From Albugo candida (taxonomy: Eukaryota): a stretch of DNA of 64,000 nt. Positions 11,974 to 23,428 of the stretch are shown one piece after another. The position numbers and the translations under genes were made by a program. The notes under the pieces were generated by a model, which searched no databases, had not been told where the DNA came from, and was given only the letters and a program-made list of their open reading frames with translations. Where the stretch lies: the NCBI GenBank assembly GCA_040437565.1, contig JBDOQK010000022.1, positions 434,001 through 498,000 of the forward strand, in the 5' to 3' direction. Each line of letters opens with the position of its first letter. Within the stretch, counting starts at the first letter, position 1.

Positions 11974-12549
11974 TTACTTAATATCAAAATTCCACTCTTC
12001 GCGAACGCTTGCTTGGTCTTTCTTCAACTGATTTTCTGCCTCTAAGATTTCTTCCATTGTGACTTGACGCATAAATGGCTGCGTGTCTTCCTTTTGGACG
12101 TCCTGTAGTGCGATCACATCACTTAATCTATCAATTAATTATGAATATAGACCATACCAAATTGCCCAAAAGAACGACGTTATCGCCGCTGCGAAGTACA
12201 GTTAATACAGGATTCAAATTTGATGCGAGGCTTACCGTATGATGTACAAACCTAATGCGATATCACAAAAGAGACGACCGCAAATATGTCTCTCAAATGT
12301 GTCTTCTAGCAAGATGTTTGCTATATCCAATTGCTTAAATGTGATGACTAAATTGAGATAATTACATGAATATACTCACAATATTGATCGAAGCTCCGAA
12401 AGTATCCGATAAGGTGGCGTCCGTCACGTAAAACCACGAGAACTTGTTCTAAGTGCGAAAATATTAAAAAGAATGATTGCTGCGTATTTCTTATGCGTAC
12501 GATCGAGTTGATCGAACAGACTTATTGTTCGAGCAAGCAAATCGGTCAT
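11974..12549 (-). CDS. LSM1: Sm-like protein LSm1 (mRNA decapping activator), 5 exons
   Basis: Spliced translation MTDLLARTISLFDQLDQQVLVVLRDGRHLIGYFRSFDQYSNILLEDTFERHICGRLFCDIALGLYIIRGDNVVLLGNL...QVTMEEILEAE through four short GT-AG introns. Absent from the ORF track because the exons are short. Confidence 0.9.
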
Positions 12550-12601
12550 GGTGAATTCACAAATGAATCGCAACAATTAATGAATCGAATCCGTAAAAGT
12601 G

Positions 12602-14969
12602 TTAAGTTCGGATTTTTCGACTTCGGGTCAAATTCGCTTTGATTCCTGTTCGTTCTCCTCCATACTGCCCTGCTTCTCCTTTTCTGACGTCACGTACTTG
12701 ACCACGACGTCGAATGACTGCTTTCTCATATTGAAGACGTTTCTTTACGCGAGGATTGCGATTCAATTTGTTTTTGTGTGCTTTCAAACCTTTATTTTTC
12801 ACGATTTGGTGCGTTGCACCTCGTTTCTTACGTTCAGTTTCATCTTCCGAGCTCTCCAACACCGGTTGCTCGAACCGGTTTTCTTGATGCGATCTAATCC
12901 GTTGGTTTTCGAGTACAGCGGCATCATAAAATGCTTCTGCTTCTTTTTTCTCAGCTGTCGAAATCGAACCAGCGTCCTTTATAGCTACGTGTTTTCTCTT
13001 TTTTCCTTCCGGTAAATTTTTCCTCGCGACTGCATCCATTTTGGCTCGATTAACAAACGTTTTAACATCAAATGAATCGTCCAATAGCTGCTCAAGCTGA
13101 TCACCAACACTCTCATCGATCGCTCCTAATTCGCTAATATGCTTTTTGATTCGTAAAATATGATCAAGAACAGGATGATCCTGCACAGTTTTCCCCTATA
13201 TAACTTGGTAAGTATCACATAAACCCCAATAGTGCGCGCTCAAACCTCGGATCGTAAAAGTAGATAAAATGAAATGTTGTTGATGTAATGAAGCAATAAA
13301 TTCTGACGAACGACGAGATACCGCAACCCGCTTCCGAATGACCGATCTGTTTTTCGCATTTCCTTGATCTTATAAATTGCTGGAATCAGCTGATCCTTCA
13401 CGATCGCTAATGACTTTTTGAGCTCATTGATCAGACCGAAAAGCTCTGGTGAGGATCTATTCCATCATTTCGTTTATAAGGGACATATTATGCGGCAGGA
13501 CCTTTCATACCGTTTTANNNNNNNNNNNNNNNNNNNNNNNNNNNNNNNNNNNNNNNNNNNNNNNNNNNNNNNNNNNNNNNNNNNNNNNNNNNNNNNNNNN
13601 NNNNNNNNNNNNNNNNNGTTTTTGTGTGCTTTCAAACCTTTATTTTTCACGATTTGGTGCGTTGCACCTCGTTTCTTACGTTCGGTTTCATCTTCCGAGC
13701 TCTCCAACACCGGTTGCTCGAACCGGTTTTCTTGTTGCGATCTAATCCGTCGGTTTTCGCGTACAGCGGCATCATAAAATGCTTCTGCTTCTTTTTTCTC
13801 AGCTGTCGAAATCGAACCAGCGTCATTTATAGCTACGTGTTTTCTCTTTTTTCCTTCCGATACATTCTTCCTCGCGACTGCATCCATTTTGGCTCGATTA
13901 ACAAACGTTTTAACATCAAATGAATCGTCCAATAGCTGCTCAAGCTGATCACCAACACTCTCATTGATCGCTCCTAATTCGCTAATATGCTTCTTGATTC
14001 GTAAAATATGATCAAGAACAGGATGATCCTGCACAGGTTTCCCCTATACAACTTTGTGAGTATCACATAAACCTCAATAGTGCGCGCTCAAACCTCGGAT
14101 CGTAAAAGTAGATAAAATGAAATGTTGTTGATGTAATGAAGCAATAAATTCTGACGAACGACGAGATACCGCAACCCGCTTCCGAATGACCGATCTATTT
14201 TTCGCATTTCCTTGATCTTATGAATTGCTGGAATCAACTGATCTTTCACGATCGCTAATGACTTTTTGAGCTCATTGATCAGACCGAAAAGCTCTGGTGA
14301 GGATCTATTCCATCATTTCGTTTATAAGGGACATATTGTGTGGCAGGACCTTTCATACCGTTTTAATATCGATAGCTTGTCCTTTTTTGTCATTCCATCA
14401 AAATTACGTGGTACGTGTACTAATTTTGTGGATTCCTGGCTTGTATCAAAAAGCGGCAAATCAGCCAATTGGCGCTCCACTTGGGCTTCCTCATCGATGA
14501 TTTCTTCTTCCGGTTCCATTTCTGCTACATCATCTTCGACATCCTCCATTCCGTAATCCTCTTTATCGACCATTTGAGCCTGTTTTCGCTGCAACTCAAG
14601 AGCAGCTTCTTCTTCTTCTTTTCCGGCAGCTTCTTCATCCGAGGTACCGTAATCTGCAGAATAAAAGTTCTCTTTTGAATTTCCCCATTTTGAGCCCATT
14701 CGATCCAGCTCTTCTTTTTCGTACTGTAGCTCTTGAAGTTCTTCATCCATATCATCATCAGATCCCAACTCTAGCACTTCCCGCTCGCTCTCTGAATCAC
14801 TTTTTTCGGAAGTAGTAGAGGTATTTTCCAATCCATCCGACGGATCATCGTAGAAGCGAAGCTCAGAATTGTGTAAATTAGCTTGCTTCTTCTTGATTTC
14901 GCTGTTTAGAACTCGCTTTTCTATAGAGGTTTTTCCCGTTTTCGCCGAATGGCGCTGACGTCTTCCCAT
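12602..14969 (-). CDS. UTP3: U3 snoRNP/SSU processome protein Utp3/Sas10, 3 exons (middle part assembled twice)
   Basis: Acidic N-terminus with WGNSKENFYSAD and EEEEAALELQ; central SPELFGLINEL...ISFYLLL...DHPV domain; C-terminal KNKGL...RNPRVKKRLQYEKA...YGGERTGIK. 12770-13517 and 13618-14365 are two versions of the same segment. Confidence 0.9.
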
Positions 14970-15220
14970 TATATCTAGAACAATTGGTTGGCTAAAATGA
15001 GTCGTTTGAAACTGATCTGATTTGTCATTTTGTCATACAAAACGATCTCTTGTGTCACGGTTCCAAGACTATCCAATTACACCCGAGTATTGTTTACAAC
15101 GTACTATAATTGGTTTAAATAAAAATGCAGTTATCGCTCGCTAAAAGGCGCTCCAGATGGCCAATCAAAATAAAGTAGTGTATTGGCGTGATCAGAATGG
15201 AATGAGAATTTATTCGCGTT

Positions 15221-15472
15221 CTACTGAGCAGCACCTGCGACGGACCTTCTCAAATTCTGTCTCCTTTTCTCCTCCTTCTCCTTCCTGAAACATTCATCCA
15301 GCGCCCGTTTGGCTTCATTACACGCGCCGATAAATTTTCGTCGTGGATTATCTGCGTGGCACTTTTTGAGGTTTTGTATCACCTACATACACGTAATAAA
15401 ACCTCTTGCAGGTAAACCGTGAGTGTGTACCTTTTGACAAAGAGGATGAGGGCGATCTAGCGGCGGATGCAT
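15221..15472 (-). CDS. CMC2: COX assembly mitochondrial protein 2-like (twin CX9C)
   Basis: MHPPLDRPHPLCQK|VIQNLKKCHADNPRRKFIGACNEAKRALDECFRKEK with one ~48-nt intron. The 3' end may include a further exon. Confidence 0.8.
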
Positions 15473-15944
15473 ACTTGGAGTCGAGAACGCACTTGTTGTG
15501 TACTAGACGCACTAAGTGCGAAGACTGTAGTCCACACTATAGTCACATGCAAAGGTTTAAAGCATGATCAATTGTTTCGAAATTCAATAGGTGCGATTAC
15601 GTCCATTTGGGTGTACCTGTTGTTCTGTCTTACTCAGAGTATACATCTGGCTAGAAAGACTGTACACAATTTGTATCGATGCGGTGTTTAGCGTTTTGTC
15701 TTCCCTCACACTGTATACTGCCTCTCATATTTTTTTAAGGAAACTGGCGACTGGCGACACTCATCAACTCAAAAAGTAACACTTTTTCCCATGCGAACTG
15801 TTTCGTATCCGAGAAGCCTATTGGTTGATATCCGTTCTCACATCTTGCACTTCACACGTGAGAATAACTGCCGTTAGATCCTAATTTTCGCCACAGCGGC
15901 GCGGCTCACGTTTACAACCCAACGCGTTTAAGCAGCGTGAGGTT

Positions 15945-16598
15945 ATGAGTGAACCGAGAAGTAACCTCCATGTGCGTAACAATTACAATGGCTTCGAGGC
16001 TCATAAAAGACGATGGACGCGGATCGACCAGAGCGCGTCAAGATTGTGGAAACTTGCATTGATACAAGTATGCTGTGCGGCCTTGACACTGGGAAATAGA
16101 CTCTGGTAAACACATTCACGTCCGAGGCCAAATGAGGAAATCTGAGTCTTATGCAGGTTGACAAGCATTCTGGGTATACTTGTCGGAAGTATTGGGTTTC
16201 AGGTAGTACGTTCCGAGAGATTACCGTGGACGATATTGGTACGTGTTGCTTTCGTGAGGATTGTAAGAGTCACTAAGTATGTATTGTATAGTATTTGTTA
16301 CTGTGTGCTTTGCAATTCGCTCGGAACACATTGACGCTGAAGGAGATTTTTCAGACGCACTTTAGAGAAAACGTATTCATGACACATTACGAGTGTATAC
16401 AGCTGGTCACTTATTTGATCGAGTGTGTAATCTTATTGGTAAGATATAATTCTTAACTGGAAACATTGCGTTTCTGATGAGCCATTTCTATAGCCGTGTG
16501 CATTCTATTTGGTGTTTACCGCCATCGCAAATATGGCGAATCCGCTGTGGAGGCATCGAAACCACTACGACGCAACAAGCGCGCAGACTTTAGTTTGA
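15945..16598 (+). CDS. Hypothetical small membrane protein (about four hydrophobic segments), 4 exons
   Basis: Three GT-AG introns of ~51-55 nt give a continuous frame: MSEPRS...LWKLALIQVCCAALTLGNRLWLTSILGILVGSIGFQVV...WTILYLLLCALQFARN...LVTYLIECVILLPCAFYLVFTAIANMANPLW. Upstream exons are possible. Confidence 0.55.
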
Positions 16599-16765
16599 TC
16601 CATTGATTCTTCCAGTTAACGTAATATATTTATTTGTTACCGTTAGACGATGTATACTCTCATGCCATTGACTGCGCATCATGAATTTGCGTATACTTGC
16701 TACCCTCAAGCGCTTGCTATCAAGTAATTTTCCAAAAGTCTGGTGCATGAAAAATTGAGTGGAAA

Positions 16766-18201
16766 TTAGCTCGCAACGTTATGCTGACTCTCAGAGTGAG
16801 CACTGCTTTGTCCCCAATCCACGTAGTCCATTCTTTCGCTTGCCTTGTACTCGTCCACCAGATTTTGTACTACTTCGCGGGCACTGTCAAATTCATCCAA
16901 ACTATCGGCAAACATTGGCTGTTTTTTGTAATTATCCAAAAACGCGCCATGTTTCTTGAGTCGATCGAATTGTACCAGCGAACGGTGAAACAGCTACATT
17001 CCAACAACACGTTAGATCATATACAACAATTGCATCAAATATGACATACACTCCCGATACTGGTATGATTTGCGAGCATCAATCCACTAACTTTGTGTGC
17101 TGTTTCCACATAAGGCGATTTACGAGAGAGAGCGACTTGAATCGATGCAGGACCCCACGGAATGAATCGGACGAGCTTGCGTTCACGAATTCTCTGAAGT
17201 GATTTGTGCACCTGTGTCGGATCTACATCGCCTTGGATGATGTTGAGAATCGAAATGTAGCAACCTTTTTTCGTGGACGTTGACACCATAATATTCTTCG
17301 GTTGAAGCAACCTTCGCATGACATCCAAAACACTGGTTTTCCGCACGGCTGAAACTTGAGTTTCAATAGTGAGTGGAGTGTACCCGGTCATGAGAAAATG
17401 ACATCGCGGTGTAGGTATCAATGACGCAACTAAACCAATCAAATCGTTGTTCATGTAACCAGGATACCGTAAAGTAGTTGTTGATGCAGCCATCACCGTC
17501 GAAACTAATGAGTTTAATTGCGCTACGGTCGGATTGTCAATTCGCAATCGATCACTCGCAATTCGATTCAACGCGGTATTATCAAGTACAACCACACAAT
17601 CCGCATTTAACACAAGTCGTTTCAGTGTTAATAATGAATTGTACGGTTGCACAACAACATCACTCTGAAAATCCGTCTGATTCGGGAAAACGGAATACGT
17701 CTGAATCAGTTTTTTCGGAAAATGATCATTCAAGTTCTCTAAAAGGTACGATCCCATCCCGGAACCTGTTCCGCCTGCAATTGAATGACACAAAACGAAT
17801 CCCTCCAGGCTATCGGACCCATCTGCTTCACGATCAATCATTTCCATCAAGAGATCATGCTGCTGCTCGCCTTGATGATACCCAGAAGCCCAATTGTTCC
17901 CGGCTCCACCACCTTCTTTCGACATAAAAAAGTTTTCAGGATTATATAAGTTCTTGTAGGTTGAATTGAGTATCGAATTGATAACTCGCGGCTCTAAATC
18001 CATTAATAATGCGCGCGGAATATAATGTTCGTCATCTGCTTGATAGAAAAATACGTCTTTTCGATCGTGTCCTTGCGTCGCATAATCGTGAACGATTCCG
18101 TCAGGAGAGATTCCATGTTCCACACAGAGCTGCTTCCAGAATTCCATTCCAATTTGATTTCCGCATTGTCCGACTTGCAGTGTGATGATCTCGCGCGGCA
18201 T
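16766..18201 (-). CDS. TUBG1: Gamma-tubulin, 2 exons
   Basis: [18 protein letters not shown]...[16 protein letters not shown]...[11 protein letters not shown]...[10 protein letters not shown]; intron 16994-17049; exon 2 [22 protein letters not shown]...; an in-frame upstream ATG lies at 18222. Confidence 0.97.
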
Positions 18202-19830
18202 TAGTTTAAGTGTCAAAACCATTTACACTATTTAAGTACATAATCTAATACGGGTATACTTTTCTCAACCGGATCTATACGTATGTCTACTATACACTGC
18301 AACTGATTACGTAATCACATTTTCGTAATACTTTTTGTGCGTTTTGACGCCAATTTCGCTCGCAAAAACGAGAAAAAAATCTGAGATTTATATCAGCTTC
18401 CACAGACACTTCCGTCTATATCCCTACGACATCAGGTCGCATCAAATTAGCATTTCCGCAAGTTGTCTCGAAATTTCTGGAAAGTCATTGGACAATGTGT
18501 CATCTCGTTCTAATTTCAAACTCCAGGATCGCGTCTTCGGGTCCAATGACGCAATTTCTATCACAAAAGCTATCATCCTCTTACTCTCACTCTCACATTC
18601 TCATACAAACCTTTTAAACATTCTTTCGCTTCATCCGGATCCAAATCATATTTCTCATTCAAAATTTCACGAGAAATCGCTCGACGTCTGTCAAACTTTC
18701 GCAATGTCAATTTTTAGCAATGCATTCACTTCCCATACATTTTGCAATATGACATTTTGAATATGCGCTTTTTCATCCAAACATTTCGGAAAAAGACGAC
18801 CTCGAACCGCAATTGCGACTTCCAAAAGCGTTTGAGCAATTTCTTCGGCACTTTGATCCGAAAATATCGCACAAATTCGAGAAAATGTCGAAATGCGATC
18901 TATCAAAAAAAANNNNNNNNNNNNNNNNNNNNNNNNNNNNNNNNNNNNNNNNNNNNNNNNNNNNNNNNNNNNNNNNNNNNNNNNNNNNNNNNNNNNNNNN
19001 NNNNNNNNNNNNGATTCCGTCAGGAGAGATTCCATGTTCCACACAGAGCTGCTTCCAGAATTCCATTCCAATTTGATTTCCGCATTGTCCGACTTGCAGT
19101 GTGATGATCTCGCGCGGCATTAGTTCAAGTGTCAAAACCATTTACACTATTTAAGGACATAATCTAACACGGGTATACTTTTCCCAACCGGATCTATACA
19201 TATGTATACTGTACACTGCAACCGATTACGTAATCAAATTTTCGGAATACTTTTTGTGCGTTTTGACGCCAATTTCGTTCGCAAAAACGAGAAAAAAACT
19301 GAGATTTATATCAGCATCCACAGACACTTCCGTCTATATCCCTACGACATCAGGTCGCATTAAATTCGCATATCCGCAAGTTGTCTCGAAATTTCTGGAA
19401 AGTCATTGGACAATGTGTCATCTCGTTCTAATTTCAACGTCCATAATCGCGTCTTCGGGTCCAATGACGCAATTTCTATCACAAAAGCAATCATCCTCTC
19501 ACTCTCACTCTCACATTCTCATACAAACCTTTTAAACATTCCTTCGCTTCATTCGGATCCAAATCGTATTTCTCATTCAAAATTTCACGAGAAATCGCTC
19601 GATGTCTGTCAAACTTTCGCAATGTCAATTTTCAGCAATGCATTCACTTCCCATACATTTTGTAATATGACATTTTGAATATGCGCTTTTTGATCCAAAC
19701 ATTTCGGAAAAAGACGACCACGAACCGCAATTGCGACTTCCAAAAGCGTTTGAGCAATTTCTTCGGCACTTTGATCCGAAAATATCGCACAAATTCGAGA
19801 AAATGTCGAAATGCGATCTATCAAAAAAAA
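18094..19830. repeat. Two diverged versions (18094-18912 and 19013-~19830) of the gamma-tubulin 5' end / RPC5 3' end either side of an N gap
   Basis: Collinear over ~820 bp with about 30 differences counted by eye; probably allelic haplotypes. Confidence 0.8.
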
Positions 19831-20996
19831 TTATTCTCATTCCCATTTCCATTGAGAAACAAAGCCAACCGGTTTGTAATGCCTGCAACACTCTTTGACT
19901 CAACGTGGATGCATTCTGAATGGACTCTATCGGTCTACAAAGTCTTTTGAACCACATTCTCATACTTTGATATCGCACGTACTTTTCATCGATTTTCACA
20001 TTTGCGTGTCGATACTTTAGCGCGTGAAGAAACTCAGAAGGCGATAATTCTGATACAATTGTGTCTTCTCGCTCGCTAAAGAAATTCTCAAATTCATCGA
20101 GTGTGTGCTCATTCTACGAGTACAATTACAACATTTCCGAGGACTTGTTCTCCACGTACACTTTGTTCGAATATCGACAAGTCTTTCCATCTTTCGGCGT
20201 TTATTTGCTGCTTCTTATGCTGATACGAATTCTGAAGTGCTTTCATCGAACGTTCGCCGTGTTTCTTCTTGAATTCAAATTGCACTTGTTTCACTTGTGT
20301 TTCATCGACCATCTCCTTCTCTTCATCTGTGCAATCAATCAATAAGCAATTCCCATTGAAAAAACACATTTGACATTTTTACCCGAAAGCTCTTCCTCGA
20401 CGGCGTTGTCAATATGCAAAAGGCTCGGACGCATTTGGAGCACAGAATGCAACGGTGTGAGGTGTAATTGGCCTTGACGGAGTACGCCGATTGCGTTATT
20501 AGATTGCTCCTTCACTTGGCTCGATTGGAGACGAAGGTAGCGCTGCTGGAGGTAGTCTTCAGCGTCGCGATCGTAATTTTGGGCCGAAAGCCTGCCGTCA
20601 TAATCCAACTGTAATATGCGATTTTGAGGCTTTAAACGGGCTTTTTGAGGTGCTGTGGGCATCGGGCGATACGAGGGACGAAGTGGATACTGGATTAAGT
20701 GCAGTTTGCCACGTTGGGTCTCCACAAGATGCACAGGAATCTCGGCAATAATCGGATCATTTTCTTCCATTAGATTGGAGAGATATGATTGGNNNNNNNN
20801 NNNNNNNNNNNNNNNNNNNNNNNNNNNNNNNNNNNNNNNNNNNNNNNNNNNNNNNNNNNNNNNNNNNNNNNNNNNNNNNNNNNNNNNNNNNNCGATACGA
20901 GGGACGAAGTGGATACTGGATTAAGTGCAGTTTGCCACGTTGGGTCTCCACAAGATGCACAGGAATCTCGGCAATAATCGGATCATTTTCTTCCAT
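19226..20996 (-). CDS. RPC5: RNA polymerase III subunit RPC5 (Sin-like/POLR3E), multi-exon
   Basis: MEENDPIIAEIPVHL...LHLIQYPLRP...ARLKP...AIGVLRQGQLHLTPLHSVLQMRPSLLHID is the Sin_N/Rpc37 signature; several short introns follow. The ATG appears at 20770 and again at 20996 because of the gap overlap. The 3' end is approximate. Confidence 0.8.
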
Positions 20997-20999
20997 TAG

Positions 21000-21104
21000 A
21001 TTGGAGAGATATGATTGGCTGTTACTGCTATTAGTTTTGACCAATACGATAAGTGCGGGTATTAGCCAATGGGAAAGGATTAATTTAGGATGTGATTTGA
21101 TTGG
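21000..21104. promoter_or_regulatory. Bidirectional promoter with five CCAAT/ATTGG boxes
   Basis: ATTGG 21000, ATTGG 21014, CCAAT 21041, CCAAT 21066 and ATTGG 21100 lie in the ~125 bp between divergent start codons. Confidence 0.6.
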
Positions 21105-21124
21105 TTGAAACGTTTATGGAACAA

Positions 21125-22148
21125 ATGTCGAGGTAAAATGGAAAAAAAAGAAAATTATGCGCTGAGATTGTGACGCTAATGCTAGTGATGTAGTGATAGT
21201 GATGACGATCTACCTTTATCGCAACTAGCGAGGAAGATGGCGAAACCACAAAGCTCAAAATTGTCGCAAGAAAATGACTACAACGATCGTTCATTGAGCG
21301 GCGATTCTCCGCAAACAAGCATGAAAACATCGAATAAACGCGTTGAAAAAGCTAAGGATTCGCTAAAGCAAACGGCAAAGAAGAAAATAAAGGTAGTTTC
21401 CGACATTTAGGGTGACTGTGGTCTTACATTCAGTCACAGATCCAATACAAACAGCAGGAATGCACAGAGGAATTGTATGAAACACTCAAAGGGAAGCTCG
21501 TTCAGCAGTTGTTGTGCAGGTAAGAGGCTTCTGATGCAGAAGAAAGCGTCTTAAACGTGCGAATTAGATGGTGGTACGCGATTGAATGGCCAGTTCAAGA
21601 TACGATCAACGTACGAGGTCATTGTGATGTGGAGCTGCACTCATTTTAAGCCGTAGAAACCTCCAAAATCGCAAGAATTGGACGGATTTCGAGGAGCTTT
21701 CATCCTTGTGAAAGTACGAAATTCCATATCTTCTTCGCGTTTCTCTCATACAAAAGCCTCAGGGCGAAGGAATGGGATCCATTGTGGACACTCGACCAGC
21801 GAACGGCAAACCCTCCTTTCTGCACTTTTTCTCATTGCCTTCCAAACAAATTCAGACACTTGTCGTGCAGGTATTTCTCATCGACTGTATTCCTCATATT
21901 CATTTCTGATTCACGTAGGCGTATCAGAATCAGATGGAGACATTGATCAAGCATGAAGTAAGTAAAGAAAATGGGCTCTGTTTGCCTCTGACGACATGTT
22001 GTAGGGACCACAAGCTCCATTACTACCTGAACTGCGTCGCGCATGTCAAGCGGCAGAAAGGATGGACACAGACAAAGCCGATAAAAATGTTGCAAGTATT
22101 CTGAAAAAGTATCAGAAATTCGCTCAGCAGATAACGCCTTCGCAATAA
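21125..22148 (+). CDS. Hypothetical protein, 8 exons
   Basis: Seven GT-AG introns (~46-60 nt) splice to one open frame: MSSDSDDDLPLSQLARK...ELYETLKGKLVQQLLCRWWYAIEWP...ELDGFRGAFILVKGEGMGSIVDTRP...KPSFLHF...AYQNQMETLIKHEG. Alternative ATG at 21116. Confidence 0.75.
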
Positions 22149-22175
22149 TTGCAATTTGCTCCATTGAATGCAATC

Positions 22176-22634
22176 CTAATTACATTTTACGACTTGTCCG
22201 GCAATTCGATCAAGATCTTGTTGCCCGTGGCTCGAGATACGTCGTCCTCCTTTATTCACACCTTCGGAACATTTTTCCACCACTTTCATCTCTTCCAGTT
22301 GATGCAAAATGTGACGAATAAGACCACCGCTAGCTTTCTGGAAATGTTGACGCTTGACACCACGACGCGCTCCTCCACCGTACACTTTACGTAAAGACCC
22401 GACGCCCGTGTTTTGACGCAAATAAACCTTTCGAGCGATAGAAGCCGCTCGAATGTAATACCAATCGGGATCGTATGGAGCGTGTTCCTTGAAGGAGGCC
22501 GTTTTCACCACATCGGACCAATTCGGTAGTTCCATCTTTCCAGATCGTTTCAGGTGATCTGCGTACGCTTTGATGAAATCTGCGGCTTTTACATCGCGAA
22601 CGTTTACGCCGCGGGAAATCTCATAATCAGACAT
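22176..22634 (-). CDS. RPS19: 40S ribosomal protein S19 (eS19)
   Basis: [22 protein letters not shown]...[31 protein letters not shown]...GQQDLDRIA. Confidence 0.97.
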   Translation of the reverse strand: MSDYEISRGVNVRDVKAADFIKAYADHLKRSGKMELPNWSDVVKTASFKEHAPYDPDWYYIRAASIARKVYLRQNTGVGSLRKVYGGGARRGVKRQHFQKASGGLIRHILHQLEEMKVVEKCSEGVNKGGRRISSHGQQDLDRIAGQVVKCN

Positions 22635-22650
22635 TTTAATGGAATTAGAG

Positions 22651-22718
22651 CTAAGCAGAATAGTGTGAGTGGGTTGAGTGTGAGTGGGTTGAGTGTGAGG
22701 GAAAGATTAGACACGTAC
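22651..22718 (-). other. Probable 5'-UTR intron of RPS19 containing a 15-bp tandem repeat
   Basis: Minus strand GTACGT...CTTAG (68 nt) ends 16 nt before the ATG and contains ~2.5 copies of GAGTGTGAGTGGGTT (+ strand). Confidence 0.55.
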
Positions 22719-23428
22719 CGCTTGCTGGAGAATTGCAATGAAAATGATAGCAAAATGACGGAGAACCAATCGATTCAATATCAAATGTGGTCGGAATGTT
22801 GCGTAATAATCGATTTAAATGACTGGTTAAAAAGAATACCTCNNNNNNNNNNNNNNNNNNNNNNNNNNNNNNNNNNNNNNNNNNNNNNNNNNNNNNNNNN
22901 NNNNNNNNNNNNNNNNNNNNNNNNNNNNNNNNNNNNNNNNNNTGCTGGAGAATTGCAATGAAAATGATAGCAAAATGACGGAGAACCAATCGATTCAATA
23001 TCAAATGTGGTCGGAATGTTGCGTAATAATCGATTTAAATGACTGGTTAAAAAGAATACCTCCCTGCATCTCAATTCGTTTTTAATATCACATCATGTTA
23101 TTGTTTCATCTATTTGATTGGTGGCATCACTTCCGAAAACACTTCTGATTGGTTCCAACCATATTTTTTTGATTTGTTCAGAGCCAATTGTCCTCTCCTC
23201 TCATTGGTCAACATAGTATCGGTTCTCGTCCATTTAAAAAAATTGCACTCCAAAACCGNNNNNNNNNNNNNNNNNNNNNNNNNNNNNNNNNNNNNNNNNN
23301 NNNNNNNNNNNNNNNNNNNNNNNNNNNNNNNNNNNNNNNNNNNNNNNNNNNNNNNNNNCTCCTCTCATTGGTCAACATAGTATCGGTTCTCGTCCATTTA
23401 AAAAAATCGCACTCCAAAACCGCTCGAA

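Noticed and set aside
19013-19141. Second gamma-tubulin gene start
   Set aside because: Part of the gap-flanking haplotype overlap, not a separate gene.
22660-22700. GT-rich repeat resembling telomeric sequence or a CRISPR repeat
   Set aside because: Only ~2.5 copies of a 15-mer, not TTTAGGG/TTAGGG, and no spacers.
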